The notes: generated from the sequence alone by a model not told the origin. Positions 9,265 through 19,284 are shown, numbered from the stretch's first letter. The stretch: 64,000 nt of DNA from Nitrososphaerota archaeon (GCA_041641295.1 JBEPYO010000001.1:256001-320000); one strand, 5' to 3'. Numbers and translations are program-made.

Positions 9265-10665
9265 ATGAATGGACTCGATGTAGGAGTTTACGGCCTGGGC
9301 GTGATGGGTGAGGCGTTCGCCCTCAACCTCGAGAGCAGAGGCCTCACCGTAGCCGTCTACAACAGGACTGCCGAGAAAACAACACAGTTTCTCCAAGGCA
9401 AAGCCAAGGGAAAGAGGATACAGGGCTTCACCGATCTCAAGGAGTTTGTAGATTCCCTCTCAAGGCCTAGGATGATCGTTTTATTCGTGAAGGCTGGGAA
9501 GCCGGTTGACGAGGTGGTCGAGACCTTAACACACATGCTTGAGAAGGGCGACATCATCATTGACTGTGGCAACTCTCATTACAGGGACTCTGACAGGAGA
9601 TTCGCCGAGCTTAGCGGCAGGGGTATAAGATTTCTGGGAGTGGGTGTGAGTGGTGGCGAGGAGGGAGCGTTAAAGGGCCCCTCCATGATGTTCGGAGGAG
9701 ATTTCTCCGCCTACATCGAGGCCGAGAATAAGATAGGGCGCGCCGCAGCTGTCTTCGAGAACTCCAAGTGCGTCAGCTACTTCGGCGAGGGCGGGGCCGG
9801 ACACTTCGTCAAGATTGTACACAACGGGATTGAATATGCTATAATGCAGGCGATAGCCGAGGTCTACGACTATCTCTTGAGGGGTGTAGGCCTATCGAGC
9901 GGGGAGGTGGGCTCGGTCTTTGAGGAGTGGGGGAAGGGCGTGCTCCGCTCATTTCTACTTGAGGCGGCGGCCAGGGTTCTCAGATACATCGACCCTGAAA
10001 CTGGCAAGCCACTGGTCGAGCTAATCCTAGATGAGGCTGAGCAGAAGGGTACAGGCAGGTGGGCGGTCGAGGCCGCCATGGAGCTGGGAGTCTCAGCCCC
10101 CACCATAGCCGCCGCAGTGGATGAGAGGACCCTCACGACCCTCCGTACACTCAGGAGGCCCGCGCAGGAAGCTGGATTTAACGGGGATAGGAATGTGGGA
10201 GAGGCCGTGGAAGCGGCTAAGAACTCGCTACTCGCCACCACACTCCTCTCCTATATCCAAGGCATATCACTCCTCCAGGCTGGGGCGCGGAACTATGGCT
10301 TCAGGGTTTCAGAGGCCCTCAGAGTATGGCGGGCAGGCTGCATAATAAGGTCCAGAATCGTTGAGGAGCTCTACAAGGAGCTTTCATGGACCCCTGGCGA
10401 GCCTACGGCTGTTGCTTTCGATAAAATCATACCCCAGCTTGAGGAGCTGATGCCCCAATGGCTCCAATTCATCACAAACGCATCTAGGATGAGAATCCCC
10501 ACCCCAGCCTCCATGAGCGCCCTCTCATACTACCTCTCCCTAAGGTCAGATAGGCTGCCCGCAAACCTGATACAGGGAATCAGAGACTATTTCGGCGGAC
10601 ACATGTTCAAAAGAGTGGACAGGGAGGGCTACTTCCACTCAGACTGGGGACGCAGCAGTGAGTGA
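9265..10665 (+). CDS. gnd: NADP-dependent 6-phosphogluconate dehydrogenase (decarboxylating, long form)
   Basis: GLGVMG, YNRT, SGGEEGA, GHFVKIVHNGIEY, QKGTG, WRAGCIIRS and RDYFG.H. Confidence 0.95.
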   Translation: MNGLDVGVYGLGVMGEAFALNLESRGLTVAVYNRTAEKTTQFLQGKAKGKRIQGFTDLKEFVDSLSRPRMIVLFVKAGKPVDEVVETLTHMLEKGDIIIDCGNSHYRDSDRRFAELSGRGIRFLGVGVSGGEEGALKGPSMMFGGDFSAYIEAENKIGRAAAVFENSKCVSYFGEGGAGHFVKIVHNGIEYAIMQAIAEVYDYLLRGVGLSSGEVGSVFEEWGKGVLRSFLLEAAARVLRYIDPETGKPLVELILDEAEQKGTGRWAVEAAMELGVSAPTIAAAVDERTLTTLRTLRRPAQEAGFNGDRNVGEAVEAAKNSLLATTLLSYIQGISLLQAGARNYGFRVSEALRVWRAGCIIRSRIVEELYKELSWTPGEPTAVAFDKIIPQLEELMPQWLQFITNASRMRIPTPASMSALSYYLSLRSDRLPANLIQGIRDYFGGHMFKRVDREGYFHSDWGRSSE

Positions 10666-10671
10666 TAAGGG

Positions 10672-11682
10672 ATGGAGTATTGGATCCCGTGGGGCAGCAC
10701 CGAGGTCTTCTTCGAAGCCCCACCCGAACTATCAGTCACAACCCCCAGTCCAACCCCTCTAACCTACGAAGAAGTATTATCTAGAGTCTCAGCCATACCT
10801 GACACGCCCTGTGTATTCATCGACTACCTTCCTACACCCACCGCTTATAAAACACTGCTCGCGAGGTTGGCTGAGACTTGTAAGATCGCCTACGTCTCAT
10901 CTTGGCGACTTGGGATTGAGAGAGTAGGCGAGGCTGTCGCAGAGCTTGAGAGCTTGGAGAAGAAGCCTCCACTCGCGCCGTTGAAGGAGTTCGCAGATGA
11001 AACTTCAAACCTAGAATCAGCCACCTTCATTTATCCTCTCACTTCGAGGCTGCTCCTAAGCCGAGTCGCCACAAGCACGAATGAATATCTCGCATGGCTA
11101 TTCAAAATCCACGGAATCAGCGGCCTCGATCCTTTTCGAATCAATCTCTTTCCTGTGGAGATTTCTTACAGCATCGACGGCTCGATTCACGGAATCTGGA
11201 CACAAAACCCCAGGCCAGACCATAAGCCCCCCGTGTTCGACTCGGTCATAGTCTCGCCCGGTAAGGCACCCCTAGACTCCACCCTCTACCTAGCAGCCCA
11301 GTCCATCATCCTCTCATCATCGGCCTGCGGGGATGAGACGACAATACTCGCGGTCTCAGAGTGTAAAGAGGGGCTGGGGCCACCTGAGTTTGTACGTCAA
11401 CTCTATGAGAGCCTAAAGCCTGATCTAGAAGGCGAGCTAAGCCCTGATGCCGATCCATACAAACTCATAGCTGCGGGGCTAGCGACCGCTCTTCGAAGCT
11501 ACAGAACCTACATGGTAACCTCCCTTCCCCGCAGCCTTGCCAAGCTACTTATAGGCATCAAGACGTTCGAGACAGTGCAGGAGGGGTTTGCCCAGATACT
11601 AAGGCTTCATGGACGGGGGCACAGAATGCTGCTAGTCAGAGAAGGCCTACACATCGACCCAGGGATGGTGGCAACGGGCTAG
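10672..11682 (+). CDS. Divergent lactate racemase (LarA/DUF2088)-like protein
   Basis: N-terminal IPWG and C-terminal VIVSPG..PLD.TLY.A and ECKEGLG resemble LarA. The central part is degenerate. Confidence 0.55.
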   Translation: MEYWIPWGSTEVFFEAPPELSVTTPSPTPLTYEEVLSRVSAIPDTPCVFIDYLPTPTAYKTLLARLAETCKIAYVSSWRLGIERVGEAVAELESLEKKPPLAPLKEFADETSNLESATFIYPLTSRLLLSRVATSTNEYLAWLFKIHGISGLDPFRINLFPVEISYSIDGSIHGIWTQNPRPDHKPPVFDSVIVSPGKAPLDSTLYLAAQSIILSSSACGDETTILAVSECKEGLGPPEFVRQLYESLKPDLEGELSPDADPYKLIAAGLATALRSYRTYMVTSLPRSLAKLLIGIKTFETVQEGFAQILRLHGRGHRMLLVREGLHIDPGMVATG

Positions 11683-12803
11683 AAGCGTAGCAGTGGAGAG
11701 AGGAGTCCTAGGAGAGGCCCAGGAAGGATAACAAACGTAACAACCAGCATCAGAACTACACCTATGAATGAAATTTTTCTGAACTTTGAGAGGGGTGAAA
11801 CCATGTCCAGCGGCGCAAAATCTATCGGCGTCATCAGGAAGAAGAGTAGTAGGAGTGATAGATAGTAGTAGCCTGTCAAGAATAATATTCCGACCGAGAT
11901 GAAGGAGAGTAGCCTGTAACGCTTGAAGCTTGTGAGGCTTCTGAATATCCTACCTCCGTCCAGCTGCCAAACGGGCAGGAGGTTCAGGCTGGTCACCACC
12001 ATTCCTAGCCATGCGGCGAATCCCACAGCGGGGAATATGGGGACGAGATTGCCTGGTGAGAAAATGTTGTTGGCTAGGTTGAAGATGAGGGGGGAGGGTA
12101 GGAGGGAGACCTCGCCCCGCCGGACCAGCTCCTCGACAACCCTCCTCTCAACCCACTCAGCCTGCTGGAATGCAAACACCATAACGACCAGGCTCGCAAG
12201 AAAACCGGCTATGGGCCCACTTACACCCAAGTCAAACAAGTCGTCCCTATTCCGTATCGGCCCACGCTGGAATATTATAGCCCCGAACGTCGGCATGACA
12301 CCGGGAATGCCCGGTATAAAATAGGGCAAGCTGGAATCGATCCTATCTTGCCACGCAGAGATCTTGTGCCCAAGCTCGTGTATTCCTATTATTGAGAGGA
12401 CGCCGACAGTGTAGGCGACCGCCTCCCAAAATCTGGGCCCGGCTGGGAAGGCACCAATCCCACCCGACCTTATCACACCATCTATGAATACCGTGAAGAC
12501 AGTGATGATAAATAGGACTAGCGGCCACCTGCTCCTACGCCTCTCCGGTGCGGTGTAGGGATAGACCTTTAACAATACTTCACCCTCGATATCTTGGGCG
12601 ACGGGGACAAAGCCTATGCGGGAAAGCTCCGAGTATATTTTCTTGAAGCTTTCCTTAATTTCCCTCGTCATTATCTTGAATGTCAAGACACCTTCAACAT
12701 AGACTGCCTCGCGGACAGGAAGGTGTGCTCTAACTATGTTGTTAATTGCTTCGAGCCTATCTCCGTAGGATTCAGGGCCGAGTATCAAGTCGTTTATTGA
12801 CAC
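11679..12803 (-). CDS. Site-2 protease (M50 family)
   Basis: HELGH, GPIAG, NLLP..QLDGG and multiple TM helices. Confidence 0.92.
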   Translation of the reverse strand: MSINDLILGPESYGDRLEAINNIVRAHLPVREAVYVEGVLTFKIMTREIKESFKKIYSELSRIGFVPVAQDIEGEVLLKVYPYTAPERRRSRWPLVLFIITVFTVFIDGVIRSGGIGAFPAGPRFWEAVAYTVGVLSIIGIHELGHKISAWQDRIDSSLPYFIPGIPGVMPTFGAIIFQRGPIRNRDDLFDLGVSGPIAGFLASLVVMVFAFQQAEWVERRVVEELVRRGEVSLLPSPLIFNLANNIFSPGNLVPIFPAVGFAAWLGMVVTSLNLLPVWQLDGGRIFRSLTSFKRYRLLSFISVGILFLTGYYYLSLLLLFFLMTPIDFAPLDMVSPLSKFRKISFIGVVLMLVVTFVILPGPLLGLLSPLLRF

Positions 12804-12912
12804 TCTAGATGCTTAGGCTGGTAAAAAACCCTATTCCCACTGCTTTAGAAGTGTATCAGCCTCGAAGTCATGTGTAAAGCATAAGTATCTCTCGCATAGA
12901 CGATATGTAGCC

Positions 12913-13203
12913 ATGGACATTAGTGTAGAGGGGCTGCTGGTTAACGTAGTTCTGCTGCTGGCCGGGGCGCTCATAGGGCTCGGCGTTGCTAGGGCAGTTA
13001 AGGGCCTGCTACTCATCATATTCGCGTTAATAATACTGTTCTTTTTCGGATTCACAATCGCAGGCCTCATATCTCCCACAGCAGTTGCATCACTCTTTGG
13101 CCCCTTGGCGAGCCTGATATTGGAGTTTCTATCACTACTCGCAAGGTATCCCGCTATAGCAGTGGGATTGCTCTTAGGCCTAATTATAGGAGCTATCAGG
13201 TAG
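12913..13203 (+). CDS. Small integral membrane protein (FUN14-like)
   Basis: About three hydrophobic helices with a GALIG..VAR.VK pattern. The family call is tentative. Confidence 0.6.
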   Translation: MDISVEGLLVNVVLLLAGALIGLGVARAVKGLLLIIFALIILFFFGFTIAGLISPTAVASLFGPLASLILEFLSLLARYPAIAVGLLLGLIIGAIR

Positions 13204-13942
13204 TTCTTCTCAAGATTCTTTTCCCCAGCTGCCTAAAACACCACCAAGCGAAGCTTGCAAGCTCCCCTACCCCCAGCTTGCTCTTCCCCCCAGCCCTCTC
13301 GTAGAAGTCTATTGGAGCCTCGATGATCTTGTAGCCCAAGAGGTGGTATTGGTGGAGGGTCTCCACCTGAAAGATGTACCCTGACTCGTATTTCCTATCC
13401 TCTGTGAAGGCCTCTTCCAACACTTTTCTGGAGATGGCTCTGTAGCCGCTCGTGGCGTCCTTCACCTTTAACCCTACAGTAAGCCTGACTAGCAGGTTTG
13501 CACCCCGGCTGATCAGCTTTCTCCAAACACTTCCACCCCTCCACCCTCCACCACGAATATATCTTGAACCCACCACAACTTGGGCCCTACCCTCAAGTAT
13601 CGGCTCAACTAGCCTGGGAAGCTGGCCCGGATCATGGCTCCCATCAGCATCCATCTCGACAGCTGCCACGAAGTCGCCTAGATTCTTCAGGCACCATCTA
13701 AAGCCATCCACATATGCGGAGCCCAGACCCAGTTTGCCAGGCCGCCTCATGACGGAGACATTCCCAAACCTTCTCCCAAAATCCTCCACGATCTCAACCG
13801 TGCCATCCACACTGCCATCATCAACAACCAACACATGAATGTCAAAGTCCACAAAACTGGACATGGACTCCAGTGATTCGAGCACCCTCCCTATGTTCGC
13901 AGCCTCATTATAAGTCGGGATAACAACAGCCACCAGCGCCAT
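13196..13942 (-). CDS. Polyprenol-phosphate mannosyltransferase (GT2, DPM1-like)
   Basis: VIPTYNE, VDDGS.DGT, GLGSAY, EMDADGSH, D.TSGYR and R..G.SK. Confidence 0.92.
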   Translation of the reverse strand: MALVAVVIPTYNEAANIGRVLESLESMSSFVDFDIHVLVVDDGSVDGTVEIVEDFGRRFGNVSVMRRPGKLGLGSAYVDGFRWCLKNLGDFVAAVEMDADGSHDPGQLPRLVEPILEGRAQVVVGSRYIRGGGWRGGSVWRKLISRGANLLVRLTVGLKVKDATSGYRAISRKVLEEAFTEDRKYESGYIFQVETLHQYHLLGYKIIEAPIDFYERAGGKSKLGVGELASFAWWCFRQLGKRILRRTT

Positions 13943-14098
13943 CTAACACCATCCCCAAGAAAGTCCAATTAGAATCTTTCCAGCCCAAGAGATGTGTGAA
14001 TCCCTCCGATGGTTTTAGGCGCTTAGCCTGAGACTATGGCATTCCTATAAATACGACCCACTGAAATTAAGGCGGCAGGAAAGAGAGGAAAAGAGAAG

Positions 14099-15364
14099 TT
14101 GGGCAGGCGAGTGGAGGTCGAGTTTAAGCCACCGTTCATACTCGTCAAGTCTCAATCATTTTCAGCCCTCTTCGATAGGCTCGCCAAGTACAGAGTTGTA
14201 GGCTTTTTCAGCTGGTCATCGATTGCTCTAATCCCCGCGATAGCGGGGGCCGGCCTGTTCCTGCTTCTATTGTCACTCCAAGCCCTCCTGAGCAGGCCCG
14301 AGGTTCAGGAGGCTCAGCGGGAGGCCGGACCCCAGAGCCTCCTACTCATACCGGGACTCAACCCCTACCTCCCCATCATTTACGGCTGGCTTGGGCTCGT
14401 GGTGGCTCTAATAATTCATGAAGGCGCCCATGGAGTCTTGGCGCGCAAGCTCGGGTATAATGTGAAGTCGAGCGGTCTCATATTCTTGGCTGTCCTGCCT
14501 ATAGGTGCATTTGTTGAGACGGATGAGGAGGAGATGAAAAAGGGTAGGGGAAGGGATGTCGTAAGAATACTTGCGGGTGGACCCGCGTCAAACATCCTGA
14601 TAGCTATACTCTCGCTTGGGCTGCTTATTGCAGCAACCAACGGGTTACACCCTATAACCATGATAACTGTTGAGGAGGTCATCAGAAATTCTCCCGCAGA
14701 GGCGGCGGGACTCCAGCAAGGCGACATCATAGCCAGCGTCAACGGCCGTCCAGTAACCAGCCTCTCGGTCCTATCAGAGGCCATTAACTCAGCGGGCTAC
14801 GGTGGTTCGATAAGCCTCGAGGTTATAAGGAAAGATGTAGGGGTTCTTAGACTCACTGTTGGTGTTGCTGAACTGGGGGCTGGGAGGCCGATGATTGGTG
14901 TGAGATTAGCGAATGCAGAGATGCAGGAGTGGGCCTCTGACTACTTGGAGAGATACAAATCAGCCAGCATCGCGAACCCCCTCATCTACCTCCTCCCACC
15001 AACATTTCCAAACTCTCTCCACCCCTTCTCCGAGGCCCAGATATGCATTGACTCCACAGCACCCTCACCACGCTGCTTCACAGTATCGGGCCTATACACA
15101 CACCCGATACTAGGCAGCTCATATCCGGTCATAGCGAACATGCTCTACTGGATATGGTTCGTAAACTTCAACGTAGGTATCTTCAACGCACTACCCATCT
15201 ACCCACTGGACGGAGGACAGATATTTAGAAGGACACTGTCCACATTACTCGGCGCGTCGATAGGAGAGAAGGGCGTTAGGGCTGCCACCCTAGCAGTTAG
15301 CCTCGCTCTGGTTGGGCTAGTCCTCTCCCTCTTTATGATACCATACCTCGCACTATTGGTCTGA
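14099..15364 (+). CDS. Site-2 protease (M50) with PDZ domain
   Basis: HEGAH, GAFVE, PDZ-type SPAEAAGLQ.GD and FNALP.YPLDGG. Confidence 0.92.
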   Translation: MGRRVEVEFKPPFILVKSQSFSALFDRLAKYRVVGFFSWSSIALIPAIAGAGLFLLLLSLQALLSRPEVQEAQREAGPQSLLLIPGLNPYLPIIYGWLGLVVALIIHEGAHGVLARKLGYNVKSSGLIFLAVLPIGAFVETDEEEMKKGRGRDVVRILAGGPASNILIAILSLGLLIAATNGLHPITMITVEEVIRNSPAEAAGLQQGDIIASVNGRPVTSLSVLSEAINSAGYGGSISLEVIRKDVGVLRLTVGVAELGAGRPMIGVRLANAEMQEWASDYLERYKSASIANPLIYLLPPTFPNSLHPFSEAQICIDSTAPSPRCFTVSGLYTHPILGSSYPVIANMLYWIWFVNFNVGIFNALPIYPLDGGQIFRRTLSTLLGASIGEKGVRAATLAVSLALVGLVLSLFMIPYLALLV

Positions 15365-15372
15365 ATGGCCCG

Positions 15373-16221
15373 TTGACAACACCCTTTAAAAATTCGGAGA
15401 GACAAGATTATGTGGGCGTGTGGGGAGGCATAGACCTCGTCGTAAAACCGCCCCTCAGACGAGCCGACTTCGAAGCAATCACGTTGATCGGTGCGGGCGA
15501 GTATGAGGCGATATTCCTCAACCTGCCCCGATGCCTCCAACGACACGTCACCAAGCTAGCCGAGACCGGAGACGTCGAAGGCTTTATTGAGGGGGCAAAA
15601 ACAGGCTCGGGGCTGTCTGAGAGCTACCTCACATCGCTTATTAGGGGTCATGAGACCTTTCTCAGACTCCTGCCCAGGGTCTCGGCGGGGAGGGAGATTA
15701 TTTGCTATTCACCTAACCCCACCGATGAAGAGATACGGGCTACCCTAGAGCTGCCTTCGCTCATACTGCGAGACTCGGTTACTAAGACGGTGAGCCTAGA
15801 GCAGTGGCTGAGCATAGTAGAGGAGATGGTTGAATTCGGTAAAAGCAAGCTCGAAGAGGAGGTTGAGTTCATTCTGAGGGAGGCGGGCAGGTTCAAGTCT
15901 TCCGCATGCATCTGCGACCCAGGAGCCGCTGTCAGCCTCAAGAAACACCTCCAGAAAAAGACGCTCACGAGGATACTATACACCGTCCTCCCCTACAGGT
16001 TCACCCCCCTACAAACCCTACTAAGACTCTACCAACAAAAACCCCTACCAGCGAGCGAAGTAGAAGAGCACGTCAAACAACACATAGGATTCGTGCAAAA
16101 ATACATAGTCCCGCTAGGACTCGAAGAAGGGCTTGAGGCTTGGACTGAAAAAGAGCTTAGATGGCTTCAAGGAAGGCCCGATAAGCCTCCAGCCCACCCC
16201 CCAACCCCCTCTGAAACTTAA
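15373..16221 (+). CDS. Hypothetical protein
   Basis: 282-aa ORF filling the gap between the S2P gene and the tRNA. No motif recognised. Confidence 0.7.
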   Translation: MTTPFKNSERQDYVGVWGGIDLVVKPPLRRADFEAITLIGAGEYEAIFLNLPRCLQRHVTKLAETGDVEGFIEGAKTGSGLSESYLTSLIRGHETFLRLLPRVSAGREIICYSPNPTDEEIRATLELPSLILRDSVTKTVSLEQWLSIVEEMVEFGKSKLEEEVEFILREAGRFKSSACICDPGAAVSLKKHLQKKTLTRILYTVLPYRFTPLQTLLRLYQQKPLPASEVEEHVKQHIGFVQKYIVPLGLEEGLEAWTEKELRWLQGRPDKPPAHPPTPSET

Positions 16222-16248
16222 ATTATCGGACATACATCTTCACAGCGA

Positions 16249-16322
16249 AGCGGGGTAGGGTAGCCAGGAATCCCGCCGGGCTCATAACCCGGAGATCGGT
16301 GGTTCAAATCCACCCCCCGCTA
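16249..16322 (+). tRNA. Initiator tRNA-Met(CAT), intronless, CCA not encoded
   Basis: AGCGGGG/CCCCGCT acceptor stem (A1:U72), CCGGG-CT-CAT-AA-CCCGG anticodon arm with 3 G:C pairs, GGTTCAAATCC T arm, and upstream TTAAATTA. Confidence 0.96.
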
Positions 16323-16500
16323 CAATTCAAGCTCTTACCCCCACACATATGTCTGAAGTATAGAGCAACCATTTTTAGAGCTGCCAATGCGTTTTGAAGA
16401 GGCATTAAATGGATTATGAAAAATCTACGAAAAGAAGGGCGCGCTTATTTGCATAAAATTGACCACAACACGCATATACTGAATTTTATTTAGGTTGCAT

Positions 16501-17121
16501 TCAAAGAGGGGGCCGTGTTTCCACAACGTCTTTCTTACTACAGATTGTTATGATTATGCAGCCAAGGTTCGTCTTTTTATGCTCGACTACCTTGAACCTT
16601 TTCTCCAAGATTGAGAATAGCTGCCGTTCAGACTTAAACTTGAATAGATGGGTATTCTTCCACCTCCTCCCCCACGAGCGCGTCCACAACCACCAGATAA
16701 CTCTGAATAGCAGCGTCTCTAGGGGCACTATGACTATCAATAACCCATTCTCTGTCAGTAATTTCTCTGCAATGTCCAGGACTCTTTCAGGGTTGTTTAC
16801 ATGTTCGAGACTCTCCATTAATACAATTGTTCCATACTGCCTGTTGAGAATCTCTGTGGGCGGGTCCTCGATGCTACCTAGATATACTTTGTCTAACCTC
16901 TTTTTAGCGAACTCAACCATCTCGGGGTCAATGTCCACGCCATGTATTTCCACCGAGTCTCCGAGTATCATCCGTACTCTGACACCGTCTCCGCACCCTA
17001 AATCAAGAGCCGGCTCAGAGATTTTATACCCATTAATCATGCTTTTAGTTGCTTTGACAATTCTTCTGTGCCAATATTTGCTGGGAAACCTGCTTGTTGA
17101 TATCTCGTAGTAGCTTTTCAA
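16501..17121 (-). CDS. Class I SAM-dependent methyltransferase
   Basis: LDLGCGDG, GVDID and ESLEHV.NP motifs, in an AT-richer context. Confidence 0.88.
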   Translation of the reverse strand: MKSYYEISTSRFPSKYWHRRIVKATKSMINGYKISEPALDLGCGDGVRVRMILGDSVEIHGVDIDPEMVEFAKKRLDKVYLGSIEDPPTEILNRQYGTIVLMESLEHVNNPERVLDIAEKLLTENGLLIVIVPLETLLFRVIWWLWTRSWGRRWKNTHLFKFKSERQLFSILEKRFKVVEHKKTNLGCIIITICSKKDVVETRPPL

Positions 17122-17181
17122 CTTTCGCGGGGGTGAATGATGAATTAGGGCTGATATATGCGTTTTTGGCGGGGCAGCTGG

Positions 17182-18291
17182 CTATATTGTTAGGAGATGT
17201 ATGTTGCCAATCTCAACCCTTTTTAGATGTCTTGTCGCCGCTCTATAGCACTCTATGACCTGCTTCCAAGGGGTTATCGGTAGGTCGTCCATCATGAAGT
17301 GGGGGTAGAAGACTAGGAGGCTGTAGGGTATGGTCTCGTCGAGGGAGGCTATGAACTCGGCAATGGCCGAGACCTCTGCGGCGTCAACATAGCCTGGGAC
17401 AAGCAACGTTGTTGCAGCCAAGACCGGTAGGTCAGGCCTCTTATCGTAGAAGGATCGGTGGACCATTTCAAAGTTTTCCAGTATCCTCTTGTTGTCGAGG
17501 CCTGTTAGTGCTTTGTGGATGTTGGGGTTGAAGGCTTTGAGGTCGAATTTGACATTCCCGCCGCTCTCCAAGACTGTCTCGACAGCCCTCCTAACTAGGG
17601 ATGGGTTGCCGTCTCCATTCCACTCATAGCAAATCCTCAACACTCTTCCAGCTGGTTTCTCCTCATGAACCCTCCTAGAGGCCTCTATTGCGAAGGGGAG
17701 TTGAGGCTCGGGCGAGCCGCCGAACCAGCACCAGCAGGAGATTCTATCGTTCGATAGCGTTAGGTTGACAATCTCTTCCACGGACACGTGTGGCGCCTCC
17801 TGCACGTTTTTATGTGACCAGTTCTGGCAGAAGAGACAGTTCAGGCCGCAGCCATAGAAGAATAGGGCGAGGTTGTAGTATCCAAGCTCTGGGCCGATCC
17901 TACACGCGTATTTTGGATAGCCAGCCCCTGTCCCGGCTGGGCAGAAGTATGCGTTGCAACAATTGGTTACGTGTGGGTCGAGATAGTAGTGGAGGAGGGC
18001 CTTTCCATGCGGAGCCAGCGTATACATCTTGCCTCCGCGGTTTCCACGTATTCCGCAGTAGCCGACCTCGCCCTCACCAATGATGCATCCCGCTGCGCAG
18101 AGGCTGCAGGGTATGCCTCCTCGAGTCTTCGGAGGAGTGGGGGGTAGCCCGAACCGTCTCCTACTCAGAAGATGCCCCTGCATCGCTATCTCAAGGGCCT
18201 CCTCAGGCCTCTCCCTCAAACATCTGACGCAGACCTTCAACCCCCTCGAGACCGGGAGCCCGCCTGAGCAGAGAGCGCAGCTTATCGACAA
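17182..18291 (-). CDS. Radical SAM protein (PflA/AmmeMemoRadiSam-like) with Cys-rich N-terminus
   Basis: CGLNCLFCQN (CxxxCxxC), GGSPEP, FDLKA and TTLLVPG. Confidence 0.9.
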   Translation of the reverse strand: MSISCALCSGGLPVSRGLKVCVRCLRERPEEALEIAMQGHLLSRRRFGLPPTPPKTRGGIPCSLCAAGCIIGEGEVGYCGIRGNRGGKMYTLAPHGKALLHYYLDPHVTNCCNAYFCPAGTGAGYPKYACRIGPELGYYNLALFFYGCGLNCLFCQNWSHKNVQEAPHVSVEEIVNLTLSNDRISCWCWFGGSPEPQLPFAIEASRRVHEEKPAGRVLRICYEWNGDGNPSLVRRAVETVLESGGNVKFDLKAFNPNIHKALTGLDNKRILENFEMVHRSFYDKRPDLPVLAATTLLVPGYVDAAEVSAIAEFIASLDETIPYSLLVFYPHFMMDDLPITPWKQVIECYRAATRHLKRVEIGNIHLLTI

Positions 18292-18432
18292 AAGGCTCCC
18301 CTGTTTAACATTTAAGTGAGCATCATTAAAAAATGTTGGCCAGCTATTGTGGGGTTCCTTTCTAATTAGTTTGTCATCAATCTCAACAGTTCTGTCGGGA
18401 GGCGTTCCTGATCGTGTGGCCGCCTTTATGCG

Positions 18433-18729
18433 CTAGGTCTTTTTCTCAGACAGCTTTTCGACAAATTCTCTAGTCTGTATTGCGGGGAGGCTTGTGATTT
18501 TCACGGTTCCACGGCTTCCGAGCCTAACGGAGAGTTTAGCCACTGTCGCATCGTCAGGAGCCTCAATAATTGTTACAAAATCATACGGTCCCAAGACGGC
18601 GTATTGGTCGATTATCTTTATGCCCATTGCTTCGACCTCTCTGTTAACCTCGAGAATTCTTGCAGGGTTTTTGCTGATCGTCTCCAATCCTTCACACGTC
18701 ACATTTGAGAGTAGGATGTATCTCGGCAC
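18433..18729 (-). CDS. GYD-domain protein
   Basis: YAVLGPYDFV motif and typical size. Confidence 0.85.
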   Translation of the reverse strand: MPRYILLSNVTCEGLETISKNPARILEVNREVEAMGIKIIDQYAVLGPYDFVTIIEAPDDATVAKLSVRLGSRGTVKITSLPAIQTREFVEKLSEKKT

Positions 18730-18885
18730 GTCTAGATGGTGTGGGGCATCGTATTTATAGGCTCTGGGGCGCCAGACCGGGTGTTTGTACTGGTTTTCAG
18801 CCTCAGCATAGGTATGATGCCATCTTTGGTCGATGAGTCAAGAATATATATCGTGAGAGGGTTTATGAAGGCGTAGGCCTAGAGG

Positions 18886-19212
18886 GTGCGAGAGTTGGGC
18901 TGGACTCTGAGCCGTGAGCCAACCCCTATCTGCAACCCACTCTGCAGGTTTTTCCGCTGCAAGAAGATGCTCTCAGCCGGGAGATTTGCCCTAGACATAC
19001 ATAGAGACCCGCCCTGGTGCCACTGGGTCAACGCCCCCTGCATCGGCTATAAATGCCCCTACGCAAGCTGCGTCCAAGTAAAGCTACTCCCAGACGGCAG
19101 GTGTGGAATATTCGTGAAGAGGAAGACGGAGGAGAAGATGCCTGAAGAGGTTGTACCCCGGCTAGGGCTGACGGACAAGAGCAGAAAGAGATTGGAGGAC
19201 TTGGGGCTTTAG
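18886..19212 (+). CDS. Cys-rich hypothetical protein
   Basis: Eight Cys: CNPLC..F.C and C.W....C.GYKC.YA.C......PDG.C. TATA-like TATATAT at about 18845. Confidence 0.7.
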   Translation: MRELGWTLSREPTPICNPLCRFFRCKKMLSAGRFALDIHRDPPWCHWVNAPCIGYKCPYASCVQVKLLPDGRCGIFVKRKTEEKMPEEVVPRLGLTDKSRKRLEDLGL

Positions 19213-19284
19213 CCCCGCCGCCATCCTCCAGAGGCGATATTGTTTTTAGTTCGGGGAGATGTTAGCGATATCTGGGTCGATGGC

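Noticed and set aside
17136-17153. ATGATGA-N7-CTGA resembling C and D boxes
   Set aside because: Only one box pair, a spacer too short for a guide, and it lies within the opposite-strand promoter.
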